This document shows positions 61,908 through 64,000 of a stretch of 64,000 nt of DNA, piece by piece (the first letter of the stretch is position 1; every line of letters begins with the position of its first letter). Source of the stretch: the human T2T-CHM13v2.0 reference genome, Homo sapiens; NCBI RefSeq assembly GCF_009914755.1, contig NC_060926.1; one strand, given 5' to 3'. A program made the translations under genes and the position numbers. Below the pieces are notes generated by a model. It saw nothing but the letters and a program-made list of their open reading frames with translations, was not told where the DNA came from and did no database searches.

Positions 61908-63951
61908 GGCTGGGTCGCACATGGTGGCTCATGCCTGTAATCCCAGCACATTGGGAGGCTGAGGTGGGCAAATCACTTGAGCCCAGGAGTTTGAAACTAG
62001 CCTGGGTAGCATGGTAAAACCACATCTCTACAAAACAACAACAAACCACAAAAATTAGCAGGGCATGGTGGCACATGCCTGTAGTCCCAGATACTCAGGA
62101 GGCTGAGGTGGGAGGATCACCTGAGCCCCAGAGGTCGAGGCTGTAGTGAGCTGTGTTCGTGTGCCATTGCATTCCAGCCTGGGTGAAAGAGCAAAACTCT
62201 GACTCAAAAAACAAAACAAAACAAAACAAAAAAACAAAAACCCCACAAAAACAACAAAACAAAAATGAAGGCTGTATTTTTCACTTAGCTTTATTTTCTT
62301 CTGTTAACATACTTTTTAGCTTTCCCTCATATTAACATTAACCAAGTATAGTGAGTCATCTGTAATTCTTTTTGGCTGCCTACCATATGAACTTTTTTGC
62401 ATTTGAAAAACCTCCAACCTTATCAGCTAGAGCCTGCCTCTCACTGTGGAGATACTAAGTGCTAGACTTCTCTTTCCCATTTTTCCCTGCAGCTTGGGAG
62501 TAGCTGTGTGACCCATGTGTGACTTGGGTCTATCAACCAGACACATGTGCTTTACACTCTGCATGGAAAGTTAGTGATTCAAAGAAGCAGTGATCACAGA
62601 TAATTTATTCTGGCAAAAGTGCCACAGCTATATCCAGCTCTAGAAGTTGCACTGGCAGTGTGAGGTGATTTGTGCTTGGCAGTGGCGGCAGTAATAGTTT
62701 CATTGGGCCAATTCTATGCCTTTGGCTCTGAAGCCTCTAACACTGGTCTGAAGACACCTACATTTTCCTAATGCCCTTTAATCCCTTTTCTGCTTAAATT
62801 AGGGTTGATTTTTGGTGCTTATAAGAAGAATTTGACTTATACATGTATAAAAGGTTGTCTCCTAGTCTTCACTATAATAAGCAACCTAGCATAAATATCC
62901 TTCTCATCATTTCCTTTTAAATTTCTAAAAGTCAAAATCTAGTTGCTTTTTCTTTAAACTGTAAATAATTCTGCCATTATCTTTGTGCATAGGCTATTCT
63001 CCACATTTTTCTGTTTTTAAAAAATAGACTTACAGGTGACTACTATTTAACACTTATTTACAAGCCCACAGTATAAACTCCCCAACCTCAAAATAAAAAA
63101 TCCTGAAAATAATTTACTCTCTCCCATCTCAGTCATTATTTTTCAGAGTAACCTAGAAGTAGGAGAATGATAGCAGTGAAACCAACTGCTATAATGTAAC
63201 TTCGTAATTTCTGACACTGGGAAAAGATAATCATTTTCAGAACAGGGTAAGATATTTCAATTAAAATACGGAAAAACTATGCCCAAACGACCATTAAGAA
63301 TGGACTATCTAAAAATAAAGAGCCTATAAATCTAGGACTGAAATGTTGATGGGCAGTAGCCTGTCAAGGTGACCAGGAGCCAAAGGACTCAGTGCATTCC
63401 AGAGTCACAGCGTGCTTTGCCTGGCTTTCTCAACTGGGACTCATATATGCTTCAGTGCTTTTTCACCAATTCTAAATGTCCTTACAAATACAAATGAGCA
63501 ATGGAAATAGCCATTAATATCTTTCAGTGGAAAGCCTTAAAGATAATAAAGAACACTGTATCAGAGAAGAATAACGGTTAATAGTTGGATTAAAATAACT
63601 TTAGAAGTTCTCCTCAAGCTATAATTCTGAGTTTAAAACTTAAAAGCTTTGTTATACTCCTATGCTATGGTAAAACTGTAACAGAAATGTTTTTCTTTCC
63701 TTTTTTTTTTTTTTTTTTGACAATGTCTCACTCTGTTGCCCAGGCTGGAGCACAGTGGTCCACTGCAGCCTCAACCTCTTAAGAGATCCTCTTACCAACA
63801 AGCCTGGGTAGGTTTTTTTTTTTTTTTAATTTCTTGCAGAGACAGGGTCTCGCCATGTTGCCCAGGCTGGTCTCGAGCTCCTGGTAAGCAATCTGCCCAC
63901 CTCAGTTTCCCAAAGTGCTGGGATTACAGGCATGAGCCGCTGTGCCAGCCC
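61908..63951. mobile_element. Sense AluJ 61908-62260 and antisense, internally deleted AluJ 63691-63951 in a PREPL intron
   Basis: Alu consensus. Confidence 0.85.
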
Positions 63952-64000
63952 AAAAACATTTTTCTTAGAGTAGCCTATGGCTTCACACCTCCCCCATTCT

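Overview
Human genomic DNA from 2p21. The window holds the complete SLC3A1 gene (rBAT, heavy subunit of the b0,+ cystine/dibasic amino-acid transporter) on the + strand. Its 10 coding exons run from ATG 12903 to TAG 57956, sum to 2058 nt (685 aa + stop), and all have GT-AG junctions. The last four coding exons of PREPL lie convergently on the - strand (60728 to stop at 58673), and its 3'UTR can run antisense across SLC3A1 exon 10. Upstream is a full-length RPL12 processed pseudogene inserted in a MER51-type LTR that is itself inserted in an old L1. The rest is about 50 Alus (hand count), L1/L2/MIR fragments, ERV1 and THE1 LTRs, MER33/MER53/MER3 DNA transposons, and a 22/24-bp minisatellite in intron 4. 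Almost all other ORFs in the track are repeat-derived artefacts. This is a well-studied locus, and I see no convincing wholly new gene system. The best leads are regulatory: (1) an intact sense THE1 LTR with DUX4 motif, TATA and splice donor upstream of exon 5; (2) a minisatellite made of repeated 5'-splice-site mimics just after exon 4; (3) a compact head-on pair of poly(A) signals shared by SLC3A1 and PREPL next to a very weak exon-10 acceptor; (4) an intron-7 read-through that restores the GH13 His-Asp motif in exact register. Repeat family names are from recalled consensus sequences and repeat boundaries are approximate.
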